64,000 bases of DNA from Vermamoeba vermiformis (taxonomy: Eukaryota), in NCBI GenBank assembly GCA_045837725.1, contig JBEWZL010000038.1, positions 62,001 through 126,000 of the forward strand. Reading direction: 5' to 3'. Shown here in pieces: positions 12,087 through 23,688 of the stretch (position 1 is the first letter of the stretch; the number at the start of each line of letters is the position of its first letter). The notes below the pieces were generated by a model. It saw nothing but the letters and a program-made list of their open reading frames with translations, was not told the origin of the DNA and did no database searches. The translations under genes were made by a program, and so were the position numbers.

Positions 12087-13751
12087 CTATTGTTTGTAAA
12101 CAATGAAAGGAAGTTGTTCTTTGATCGTGCGAATAGTCACATCCGCCTCTACGTATATCAGTTTACATAGCTGCGTCACCAATTTGAGCTCTTCAATATC
12201 TCCCGAAGATATTTCTTTCATCCAAAGTCTACGGAGATTGGCCAACACCTTCAAACTATTACCGATACCTAAGAATTGAATTTGTAAGCGAAACAGATCC
12301 AAAAATTCGACTTATTAAAAATCTTATAGATTCAAGAATACGATAATTAATATGGACCATACCATTTGGAAGATGGTTGCGCACATGTAGAGTTTTTAAA
12401 TTCGTCAATCGGCTGATCTGCAACATGTTGGATGTGTCTGTGTCCTCAGCCCAATATACGCGCAAATCCTCAAGACTATCAATAGTGAATACTTCTAATG
12501 GCACAACGCCATAGCAATCGGTCAAATCTAAGAGCTTTAATTGTGGGAACCGCATCCACGCATCTGCCTCGAAGTTCTTCAGTTGCAACGAAGTTAAGTG
12601 CTTAAAATTTTCAAACGTTCCTGGCGTACAAAATGTCGAAGTGAACTGCAATTCTCGAAGATTGGTCAAATTAGAGAATTTTTCCGTTGACATTAACTTT
12701 TCTTCAGTGTCAATTTCAAGTCGTGTCAATTGTGTCATTTCGTTCAATGCTTCAAATTCTTCGTTTGCTATGCTAGGCCGATCGTCTATGAGGGTCTTTA
12801 ATTTGGGTAACATTTTGATAATCTTCCAGCTAATACTGGTGTCTAATCCACCAATATTGATTTTTACCAAATTTGTCAATTGCGATATCTTATTGGCTGA
12901 GTCCAATGTAATAAGAGTCCAGCTCATATCGATTGCTGTCAAATTGTCTAGTTCCAAAAGTTGATGGAATATTTCGTCTTTTGTGCTTACTGGCAATGAA
13001 ATTGATCGAAGCTGCGTTAAATAATTGTATCCAGTTCCTAAATAAAAGATAAAAATTTTAAATTTCCGTTCATTTTTGTTAAAAAATATTGAGGTTATTT
13101 TTTTACCTTTATCTCTTGTAAGCAACTCAAGCTTCGTTAATTTCTGATGGTTTTTGAATAATACTCTGATAGTTTGTATCTTCAGGAAGTGATGTGCGTA
13201 GTCGTTCCAGCCACGTCATTTTTTGAACGATTTCGCTGACGCGTTGACGAAAAGTTGGCAAATTAAGTTCTTTTCTCCTAACACTCTGTGTGTAAGCGAA
13301 TACTTGAACAAATCTAATCCCCAGTTTCTTCAAATTATGCAATGTTGTTAATATTGTTAATCGTTCTCCTATCCAATCCAATTCTTCGTTGCTTGGCAAA
13401 TCCGTGTTGCCGATGGATAATTCGCGTAGTTGGCGCAGATCACGAGAAAGAATATTTTTGTTGACTCCAAATGGCTTTTTGACGTATTCTGTACGCACTC
13501 TTCGATCTTTCACTTCGAACGCGAGTTCTTGAATTCGCCTGCATGTCGCGCCAAATCTGCGAAAAATTGATTAAAAAATCTACATAATTATACAATTAAT
13601 TTTGCATATAAATATATCTATATCATCAATATAGGTATTTGATTTTATAGTCACTTAAATAAATGCTTAATTACCGAAGTAAGTCCTCGATCCGTGTCAC
13701 GTAGCTCCAAACTTCCAACAAAAGGTCTCTAGGTAAATCTAATATATTCAT
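12087..13751 (-). CDS. F-box/LRR protein; +1 frameshift at ~13147
   Basis: Exon 1 MNILDLPRDLLLEVWSYVTRIEDLLR is F-box-like, followed by LTNL/LTQL-type LRRs. Confidence 0.75.
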
Positions 13752-14333
13752 TCTTAAATTAAATCGTCAAAATATATTATTTTTGGATTTTGTTTGTTGT
13801 TCACTCGAAAAATAATTTGGATTATGATTATCAACTCAAAATTAGGAGAAACACAGTTGCTCGCAAACTAAACGAGTAATATAATTAACAACGTGATTAA
13901 ATTTATATATATAAATATATATAAATATGCAGGTACATCGTTTGTAATATCATGCAAGTGCGAGTTCGAGTGATCCGATCTTACTAAATACACCGCAGTC
14001 GGCATTTGCAATGTTAAATTATTGTTAACCATAAATATTAGAATATTTTTTGCGGTTTATTTACAGAATTACTGCAATTCGATTAAAATTCATGCCCGAT
14101 CAAATCTGGCAAAATTGCGGTTACCCGGGATTAATCAATTTACCGACAAATTTCGTGTGAATGGGTGCAATATAAGACATGCAGACCGTAATTACAAAAT
14201 CACGAGTATCACGGACAACGAGTGTACGGGAAAGTCCAAAATTCCCTTCCGCGCTACACACCATAAATACTGAGCCGAGATTAGTAGCTCAAATCAACTT
14301 TAATTTATACCCAACATCCATAAAATAACAGCG

Positions 14334-16127
14334 ATGATACTCGAAATAATTTTATTGACGATTGTTGCGTTCTCGATCTGGCGGTACAAACAACACGCGG
14401 ACAAATACAAACACTTCAAGGGCGTTTCATTGTTCGGCTTCTTGTTCCAAAAGGATCATCATAAGAGAATAGCATCGTCAGATAGCAAGTTCGGATGCAT
14501 CGATACACCTGCATTCACAATGGTTCTTGCAACACATCCGGATTCGGCCAAGGTCAGTACACGAATAAAACTGATTCTTATCGCTCAGAACTAACTTTAT
14601 ATAATCAATAGTATGTATTATCAAACCCAGAAGTGTTTCCTAAAGCCGCGAGAAACACGTTCCAAAATTCCGAAAAGATTTTCAATCACAACATTTTGAT
14701 CACCAACGGCGAGCAATGGAGGTACGAAATAAATTAAATAGGACTATAATGATACTAACCTATCGTTATTAGACAATATCGCAATACTTTATCGCCACCG
14801 TTCCATTTTGACGCAGTGAAACAATGGATCCCTCACTTCCATCAACTCACTCTCGAACTCATGCAACACTGGACACCTCTTGTCGACAAGAACGAATCAA
14901 TCGATGTTGTACGATGGATGCCGCTGTTCACTCTCGATGTGCTTGGTTTGACCGTTCTGAGTCGCTCGTTCAATGCGATGAAAGGAGCTGAAGACAAGGA
15001 CCTTGCTGCGATCAACACGTTACTGACTGGCATGACAAGACCTTCAACAATGATTTTAGGAGGCGTAAGTGATACTATTATATCATTTAAAGCTGTATAT
15101 ACTAACTGACGTGCAATTCTAGCTCGAGAGAAAGACTGGGTTAAACCTCGTTCCCAAGCTGAATGCTGCAGTTGACGAGATTGAGACTTTCCTCCGCGAT
15201 ATCATTAACGTATGTGACGTACCTATATTAGTAGTACCTGCCAAGCCTAACTTATTTGTTTAGTCTCGTAAAGCTGAGAAGCACGCCGACGGTCAATTCG
15301 ACTTGATCGATGTCATGTTGAGCGCTCACGATCCGAACTGGAGCCAACAAGAGGTACGTGCTAACGATATCAATGTCGAGTCATAGTCAATCGCTAACAT
15401 ATAAGCACTATAGCTCGTCTCAAACGCGTTCATCATGTTCGTGGCAGGTCACGAAACCACCTCCACAGCCTTGACTTGGTTGTTGTATCACTTGGCAACC
15501 AACAAACACATTCAAGACAAAGTCGCAGAAGAAGTGCATCGAGTATTGAACGGCAAGCCAATCACCCAAGACACGATCAAAGAACTGAGCTACATGAACA
15601 ACGTGATCAAAGAGAACTTGCGCATGCAACCACCAGTGCTCATGATGGCCACAAGAGTCGCTGAAAACGACGAGGAGTTTGAAGGCAATGTCATTCCACA
15701 AGGTGTAAGTAGTTGTTAATTGTAACGTAAGAGTGACCTCATTTGACTGACACGTGACACTTTTGCAGACTCGTGTTGGTGTGAACATCTACGCCATTCA
15801 TCACTCACCACAAGTGTGGGACAATCCTGAAGAGTTCAATCCTGATCGATTCAACAAATCCACAGTGCCTTTTGGATATCTTCCTTTCTCACTCAAGTCA
15901 CGTGCTTGGTACGTTCCCAAGCGGATCTAAATCGTTGACGTAACTAACTTTTGCTTTTTCTTTATAGTCTCGGCAATCAATTCTCGTTGGTGGAACAAGC
16001 AGTGTTCTTTGCAACGTTCTTGCAACACTTCAAAGTCGACTCGTTGCGCGCGTTCCAACCGCCAACTGGTGCCAATCCAATGCTCAATCAAGTTAAAGAA
16101 GTTAAAGTAGCCCTTGTAAAGCATTAA
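14334..16127 (+). CDS. Cytochrome P450, copy 3 (intact)
   Basis: AGHETT, ENLR, PDRF and FSLKSRACLG motifs. All exons splice in frame to TAA at 16125-16127. Confidence 0.95.
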
Positions 16128-16152
16128 AATTTTGAAAGGAAATCGTGTTTGT

Positions 16153-18502
16153 TTATTGCAAGTCATTTTTTGTAGTTAAAGATTCGCTTGACGACGAAGA
16201 GTCTCGTTCATTTAACGACTTGTTTTGAACGGTTTCATCGACTTGCAATTCTTTCAACAACTCTTCTTCATCTTCTTTATCAACTTGACGGCGTACGAGC
16301 TTCGAATATACACCGCCTGCAGCCTAAATCGTCACGTTAGTTCTCGTGAAAATCATCGAGTATCAACGAGAATGTACGTACCAACAACGAGGAGTGCGTG
16401 CCGCTCTCAATTAAGGTTCCTTTGGCAATGACATTGATGACGTCAGCATTCTTGATCGTAGTCAAACGATGTGCAATGACGATGGTAGTTCGACCAATCA
16501 TGAGCTTGTCGAGCGCGTCTTGCACGAGCCCTTCAGACTCCAAGTCAAGTGCTGAAGTTGCTTCATCCAAGAGCAGTATCTTCGGGTTCTTAAGAATAGC
16601 CCTAGCAATGGCAATGCGCTGCTTCTGACCGCCGCTCAATTGCGCACCTTTCTCGCCAACGTCCGTGTCATAGCCTTTGTCCAAATCATTCACAATGAAG
16701 TTATGCGCATTGGCCATCTTTGCAGCTTCGATCACTTCTTCATCCGTGGCATTGACTTTGCCGTAGCGAATGTTTTCGGCGACAGTACCGCCGAATAGAA
16801 TCGGTTCTTGGCTCACGAGACCAATTTGACTGCGGAGCCAGCGCAAATCAAACTCTTTTAAGTCCACGCCGTCAATGGTTATGCTAGCCATCTATGGGGT
16901 CGTAGAATCTTTCAAGAAGCTGAACTGTTGTGCTCTTGCCACCGCCGCTGGGACCAACAAGCGCCACAGTTTGTCCGGGCTGAACTTCAAGCGAGAGACC
17001 TTTCAGCACGAGCGCTTCTTTGCGTGAAGGATAATGAAATTTCACGCTGTGGAATTTAATGACACCTGTCAAGTCATCAAGTTTGCGACCAGTTCCCTGG
17101 TTGATGTTAACTGCAGGTTTCCTAATGAGGCAAAAGTTAGAATGGAGGTCTCGGAGTTTTTCGAAAATTCTCCGAACCTGTTAATAATTGCAAAGACACC
17201 GACGGCTAGACCTTGAGCTTTGGCTACATCAGGCGTCAATTGCGAGGCCATGCCAATGCCCATGGCTCCAATCGTAATGGCGAAGAATACAGTCAACATA
17301 TCTCCCGCTAACATCTCGCCAGATTGCACTAATGTGCCGCCATACCAAAATCCAAGCGCGTATATGCCGAACATAAATGACAGGCCAAAGCCAGCGGAAG
17401 CTCCAGATAGATGACTCCTTTTGGCACTCAGACGGTAGATCTCGTTCAAAACTTCTGAGAATTTTTCAAGCAATGCGTTTTCAGCGACGAAAGAGTACAC
17501 GGTGCGAATGCCAGTTATGCTTTCTTGCACTAACTGCGTCGCCTTGCCAGTGTACTTTTGAGAGGCTTTTGCGCTTTGCATGAAGAACCGCAGTTGCATT
17601 GCGCCGGATGCGATAATGACGGGACTCGTGGCAAGCATAACTAGCGTCATTTTCCAGCCAGAAATAAATGCAATTATCATTCCGACTGCAAATTGAACCA
17701 GGTAATTGATTGCCTAAAAAGGAAAGTGTCAACAACAAACCAAACAACGTCAAAAGTTCCAAAAAATGCTCCCGTTTGACTTCGATACGATTTCTTATGA
17801 TATTGTATGTGAATTAACTGCAATAGTACTTACAAGGCCTAGTTTGTCGGACACTCCCGCAGCGATCGTGTCAACATCGGCCGAGATCTTGTTTGTTATG
17901 TCACCCGTCTTGGTTTGGTCGTAGTAACCAATCTCTTGCTTGAGAAGCGATTCAAGCACGGTTTTTTTCATCTTGCGGGCCACTCGCTCTCCATACAAGG
18001 TACTAAAGAAAAAATTCAGGTTAGATTTCAGATCGACAGTAAGTGTACGCGAAATCGGTCTGAAATACTTACAAAGTGAGTGTCCTTAAAAATGTTACTA
18101 CGAAGGAACCGACAGCTATTACTAGAAACATTAAGGACATGAAAGTAATGCCTTGGTTCAGTTCATCGCCAGTTTTGGTGAATAGCTGATTGAACAGGCC
18201 ACCGAAAACTAATGAGAAGAGCGGATAGATGGACCCACTCATAATGGCGAATATAAATCCTTAAATTAAAAGTCGATGAGAACCATTGACTGCATCTAGT
18301 ATGGTCATACTGACATTAGCTTACCCAGAGCTACCAACCATTGCGAATCTTTATCATATCGCAACAAGGTTGAGTAAGGGATTGAAGGGGCTTCTTTGTT
18401 TTTCTTTCCACGGCAAGTGCCTCGTGGTCGTTTTTTAGATTTGTTTGTCGGATCGACTTGAATAACGGTGTCAGATCCAACCGTCTTGTCTTCTTGCTCC
18501 AT
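16153..18502 (-). CDS. ABCB (MDR/P-glycoprotein-like) transporter, single TMD-NBD; +1 frameshift at 16886-16887
   Basis: Walker [11 protein letters not shown]-loop LVSQEP, signature LSGGQKQR, Walker [13 protein letters not shown]-loop IAHRL, and an MDR-like TMD. Confidence 0.9.
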
Positions 18503-18833
18503 ATGTGGTGCTCTTAATCAAGCTATTTAATCACATTGCGCCGATTTAAATCGTCATCACTGAGAAATTTCCACGGTAAATACGTCCCATTTCCTATTTT
18601 AGGCAAAATCACGTGGTAGAAACTATCTTGGTCGCTCCATTCCTTAGCATTTTCTCAGGTTTTGATTTCCTAGATGGATCAGATATTTCGATTGCAAAAG
18701 CACAAAACTGCGTTTTTTCGATTGACAGATCAACCGAATCCAAAACTCAACGTGAAGTAACTGCCAATAGTAAGGTTCATGGCTAATTCGAAGCATTAGA
18801 AACGGTTTTTATTTGATTGGAGTACGCGTACCT

Positions 18834-21800
18834 CTACATCCGCAGATACATAGGCTCATCTCTGCTGCTATTTCGCAGCCTTCTCTTTTTGATTTGGATC
18901 CAAACAACAAGACTGACTACACCAACCACAATCAGACTCGATATGATGATGAGTGCAATTGCCCAGGATGGCAATCTCTTTTTTGGCTGAGGACCTGAAT
19001 CCGACGCTGGAGCTCCAGCGTCCAATTGCTTCCATATAGCGCTGCTTAGTACTTGTACTCGAATCTCTTGGATGGTCGAGTAAGTCACCGCCAGGTCACT
19101 TGAAGGCAGCACAACTTGAGCAATGTCGAACACTTGGATCGGAGTTGACAATGTAGCGAGAGTGGCCTCGTTAGACATAGCAAAGGCACCACTATTATCG
19201 CGCATATATATTTGGACTAGTATATTGGTGCTTGTTGCCACCACGAGTGAAAGTGCGTCGGATCCGGTGTTGTATAGCACGTCCAAATTGACCACTGAGC
19301 TCGCAATAGGCACGTCCATTGCATCCATCAAACTCATGTCGTAGTTGTAGCGGGCAAGCGCAACACGATTATCATATCTAAAAGCCAATATGACCTCTCT
19401 GGGCGTAGCTACAGCCGTCATAATAGACCGGCTTGCAAGTGTTGCGTAAGTTGATACTGACGTGCTATTCGCAACAAATCCTCGTTGAGAGCCTTGATCA
19501 TTCCACGTGCCAAACATGTAGCCACGACCAATAGTGAAAAGGCTCACTTGAGATGAAACTCCGAGGTTGATCTGTCGCGTGGATCTGATGGATCCATCAC
19601 GTCGATAAACGATTTGACTGCACTCAGTGTCATCGCCAATGCTCGTCACATTAGATAGCGTGTAGTTGCTTGATGAAGACACGCAAACTGGTGTCACATT
19701 ACGCGATCCAAAGTCAACTTCAAAGACTGAAATGTTCGTCATTCGAGTCACGGCATCAATGAAGCTAATTGCAAATGTGTTTGCATCAATTGTCGCCACA
19801 CTTAAAAAATTTCCATTAACATTGTTGACAGCTAGCGTGGTCAGCGGTGTCAGCGGAATGAAATTTCTGTTTTGAACTTCGGCGACAACGCTGCGAACTC
19901 ATCAGTTCCTACTCAAGTACTATACTACAGTGCGTACGTACCTAACAGAACCATTTTGATTGCTAATGTAGGCCACAACGTGATCACCTCCAGCGAATAC
20001 AGAGACAGTCGGATGATCAGAGTCCGCAGGGTTGAGGTGATTTGCGCCGGTCTGAGTGAGCCCACTTCGATCGAAAACTTCACCGTACAATCCGTGGTCG
20101 TCTAAACTCAACATGTTGAGATACATAATCGCGCTAAAAGAAGTGTAATTTACCTCGCCAGTACACGCCCAACGCATCAGGCTCGTGGTGCGCAATGGAC
20201 AGTTCTTGGAATCCTTCGCCTTGTTGAATGGTGAAGGTCGATAGTTGTTCCGCGTTTGACACTTGCGGAATAATTTGACTCGATGCAGTGTCACCCCAAA
20301 CAGTCAATTGTGCCTCCCAAAACGCATGGGCCGTGGCATTTAATCGCACAAATCTTTGGTCCACGGTCGCGACCACTTGCCACGTGCCACTACCAACATT
20401 GTAAGTCACATATACAAAGCGAAATTTCACCTTGCTTACCCTGGATTCTCGCCCAAGAAGCCGTTAACAGCAGTCCAGTATCGATTGTAATTATCACCAA
20501 AGTCTCTTCGTGCTGGAAACACGACGTGTCTGACACCACTCGGCGACATCAAATCTATTCTTAGCGCGCCACGTGGACTGATTGCTAGCGTGATGTCAAG
20601 CTGGACACTTTCAACTTTGTTAATCAGACCGTGCGGCACTTCAATGCTAAAGAAATTTGGATTGTTTGTGTTGAGCAGAACAGGCTGTCGAAGATTGGTT
20701 CTAAAAGTTCTGACTTGAAGTGGTGCTAATAACTGCCAGGTTGAGGCTAACTCGACTGCTCTGCCGACATTAAGCTGTCCAAAGCCATAGAACCAATTAA
20801 ACCACACTCCCGCGCCATTTCTCACCCAGTTAACATGCCGCGTGTCAATTCTGTCCGTTGAATACGCTAAAATCAATTTGACATCACGCCAAGTCAACGA
20901 TGGAAACGCCTAAAAAATGTCAAAAATTAGATAAATTACGAAAATTAGGCATTAATTTACCGATCGGAGAATCGCTGCTGCTCCGGACACCATTGGCGTG
21001 GCCTGACAAAAATTTGTTAGTTGGTGCAAAGAGGGGATGTTGTGAGACATACCCAAGAGGTGCCAACACCAAAATCGCCGCAAGTCTGCTCTCCCGCACT
21101 TATAGCCGACGCCCACGTGGTATTGCTGTCAAAGTCACCGGCTGGCGCGACCATCCAAATCGAGGAACCTGCGTGACACCTGTCAACTAACATCGATGAC
21201 AGTTTGACGTTTAAATACGCACCTCCGTTAGAATATCTTGCTACTCTTCCGTCAATCGTTGAGGCACCAACACTAATGACACGTGGTGTGCCAGCATAAC
21301 GTGCATAATTGGCACTGGCTCCGAACCAGCCGTCGTTGCCTGACGCGAACACAAAAACAGTGTTATCGCGGTCTTGTGCTGTTTCCAATGCCTCGGTCAT
21401 GATAGGTGGCAATGGCGGCTGTAGCGAACAAAACTCTGCAAAGCAAGTTGGCGCACCATAGGAGTTTGATGACACCTGTCAAAAAAAGTGTCAAAATAAA
21501 GGTCTCCCGAAGTATTGCAACTAATCAAGCATAACTAAGTTGTTGTTCTCTATATAATGACTTACTGGAAATCCACCGGTCCAAGCCTCTGCTTGATCCA
21601 ATTCAGTGAACCGCCGAGTTGGATTACCTATAAAAGGAAATGCTGCAATCGTCGCTGAAAATGCAACACCAACTCCGCAATAATCATTTGCCTAATGAAT
21701 TATGACATTTAGAACGATAAATACAAATTTTTGTAGCTACTACCTCAGCGGCAATAATATTCGAGCAAACTGTCGCGTGACTCTCACCGGATGATTCTGT

Positions 21801-22443
21801 AACCTTGCCTTCAAATGAACGTGCAACATTTAATTGATTTCGTAAATCTTTTTCATTTGGAAAGAACTCAGAATCAATAACCTGAATGGATCCAATTCAA
21901 TATTACGTTATGTTGAGATATTTTCTATTAAAAATACCTGAACTAACTGTCCTTGACCGGAATATCCCTTCGACCATGCGTATGAAGTATTTATTGCTTT
22001 ATGAAACCTTTTTGAGTTATCAGTGTAAGGTTTTGACGTGCATCCAGATTTGACATACCACTGCGCACCGCTTAATAAAGACTCGTCTCGTGGCATGTTA
22101 ATATAGCTCGGTAAATCTTCAATAACATCATTAACTTGAGCCCAAATAACCCTTGGATCGTTGATAAATTTTGACGTTTCCTAAATAAAAAATGATTAAT
22201 GCCTAAAAAATGAACTAAGTAAAAATTCATTACCTGCTCAACGATGTGAATATTTTCCACTGAAAATAGAAATATTCTATTGAATTTTGTTGGATGTTCA
22301 AACTGCACGAGTGGATGCTGCCTTTGCAATTCTTCTATGTCAACACCTGGCTTAATTTTAACAATAATTTGGTTCGTATGTTCAGCATATCCAATTGTCA
22401 TTAAAGCGAGGACCAACAGAACGACAAGATCCCGCATTGGCAT
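18834..22443 (-). CDS. Kexin/furin-like S8 protease: signal peptide, prodomain, S8 domain, P domain, extra beta-rich domain, C-terminal TM
   Basis: Catalytic residues VIDSE, SHATVC, FASGNDG and GTSWATP; LTWRDVK; YGFGQLN; P-domain VESVQL...LMSPSG; TM WAIALIIISSLIVVGVVSLVVWI; tail YLRM. Confidence 0.85.
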
Positions 22444-22924
22444 TGACTTCAAGAAAGCAAATAGCCTATATTGTGCGTCTTTGTAGGATCTCTCGACCTT
22501 TAATTGCGTAAACTGAAGGTCAACACAATATTTTGACGAATGTCAGAGCTCCAACCCTGGCGCGTGGGAAATAGATTCTTCTAGATTCATTCCACTTTAG
22601 GGATTGAACGGCTTGCATTCTATAATTATAAATCATGAATCGCTGATCTTTTGCACAAGTAATCAGGCTTGGTATACTCGCCTGCACAAGACAAACACCA
22701 CAACGAGATCCGACGGACCAAAGTAACTCGTCTAATTGATGAGTTGCTGCCCCAAGCGAAGGGGTATACCTGGTCGCATTAAAATGTTAGCTTTAACGTT
22801 TCGCAGTTTGGAATTCCCGGTTGTTTTCAATTTTTCGCTTTTTCGGTGCTGTCCAGATTTTTCACTCGACAAACACGGCAATAGAAACCGCTGCTTACTT
22901 ACTCAACACCAACAACTAACACCA

Positions 22925-23278
22925 ATGGCCTATATATTGTTAAAGAAGTATTACAAAGCCAAATGGGGCCCGAACGAGCGCAAGTTGTCGTTGCACGTTA
23001 TTGACGACAATCTTGCCACCGAGATTGCACAAGAACTGAATAAAGAGTTAGAAGCAATGAAAAATAAGCTCAAGAACGTACCTACATTCAAAGTTAACAA
23101 GCGAGGTCAATTTGTCGCGCAGATGGGTCACGATTTCAACAAATATTTTTCAGAAGATTTCTTCGTGCGCTGCTTCACCGTCATGCTTAAATTTGGATTT
23201 AAATTAGACAAACAGTACGACGAACAACCATTTAACGGTTCGTTTAAGGAAGTGTATGTATTTTTACGCGAGAAATAG
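22925..23278 (+). CDS. Small intronless hypothetical protein (117 aa)
   Basis: ATG follows a CAA-rich leader like other genes here. Coherent ORF MAYILLKK...VYVFLREK, then AATAAA. Confidence 0.6.
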   Translation: MAYILLKKYYKAKWGPNERKLSLHVIDDNLATEIAQELNKELEAMKNKLKNVPTFKVNKRGQFVAQMGHDFNKYFSEDFFVRCFTVMLKFGFKLDKQYDEQPFNGSFKEVYVFLREK

Positions 23279-23688
23279 GTAAATCGCGTTCAGTTAATAA
23301 ATATAAATTGTAAATTATTACCGCTTATGTGACTGTAATCCACCAAATTGTACGAGAACCAAAACTTCAGAGGAAGCGCTACTAAATTACGTGTTGCAGT
23401 TCTCTTTCCATGTACGGCAGTATAACCTCATTGGCTGACATATTCTATGCCACGACGTTACAAGGAAAGATAGTCCGAGAGTCAAGACTCGCTTTGTTGT
23501 TGCCGTGTCCGAAAGATCAATTTTTTACCGTTGCCAATTGCGCGGGAAACTTTTTACCTGTCCACCTCTTTTTCTGTTACTTTTTTATTTTCTATTTTAT
23601 TTATTATACCACACTTGTAAATAGTATTTTTGATTGTGGTTGTCGAGGAGTCTGCAGTCAAGGTAGATTCAGAACACAGATTAGGAGG

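Noticed and set aside
3899..16887. Euplotes-style programmed +1 frameshifting at stop codons (ACG-TGA-G at 3901, GGC-TAG-C at 16886, AAC-TGA-A at 49294)
   Set aside because: Other shifts (1873, 1504, 9975, 24537, 41371) lie well upstream of the next stop and share no slippery motif. The doubled-wobble-allele explanation covers nearly all sites.
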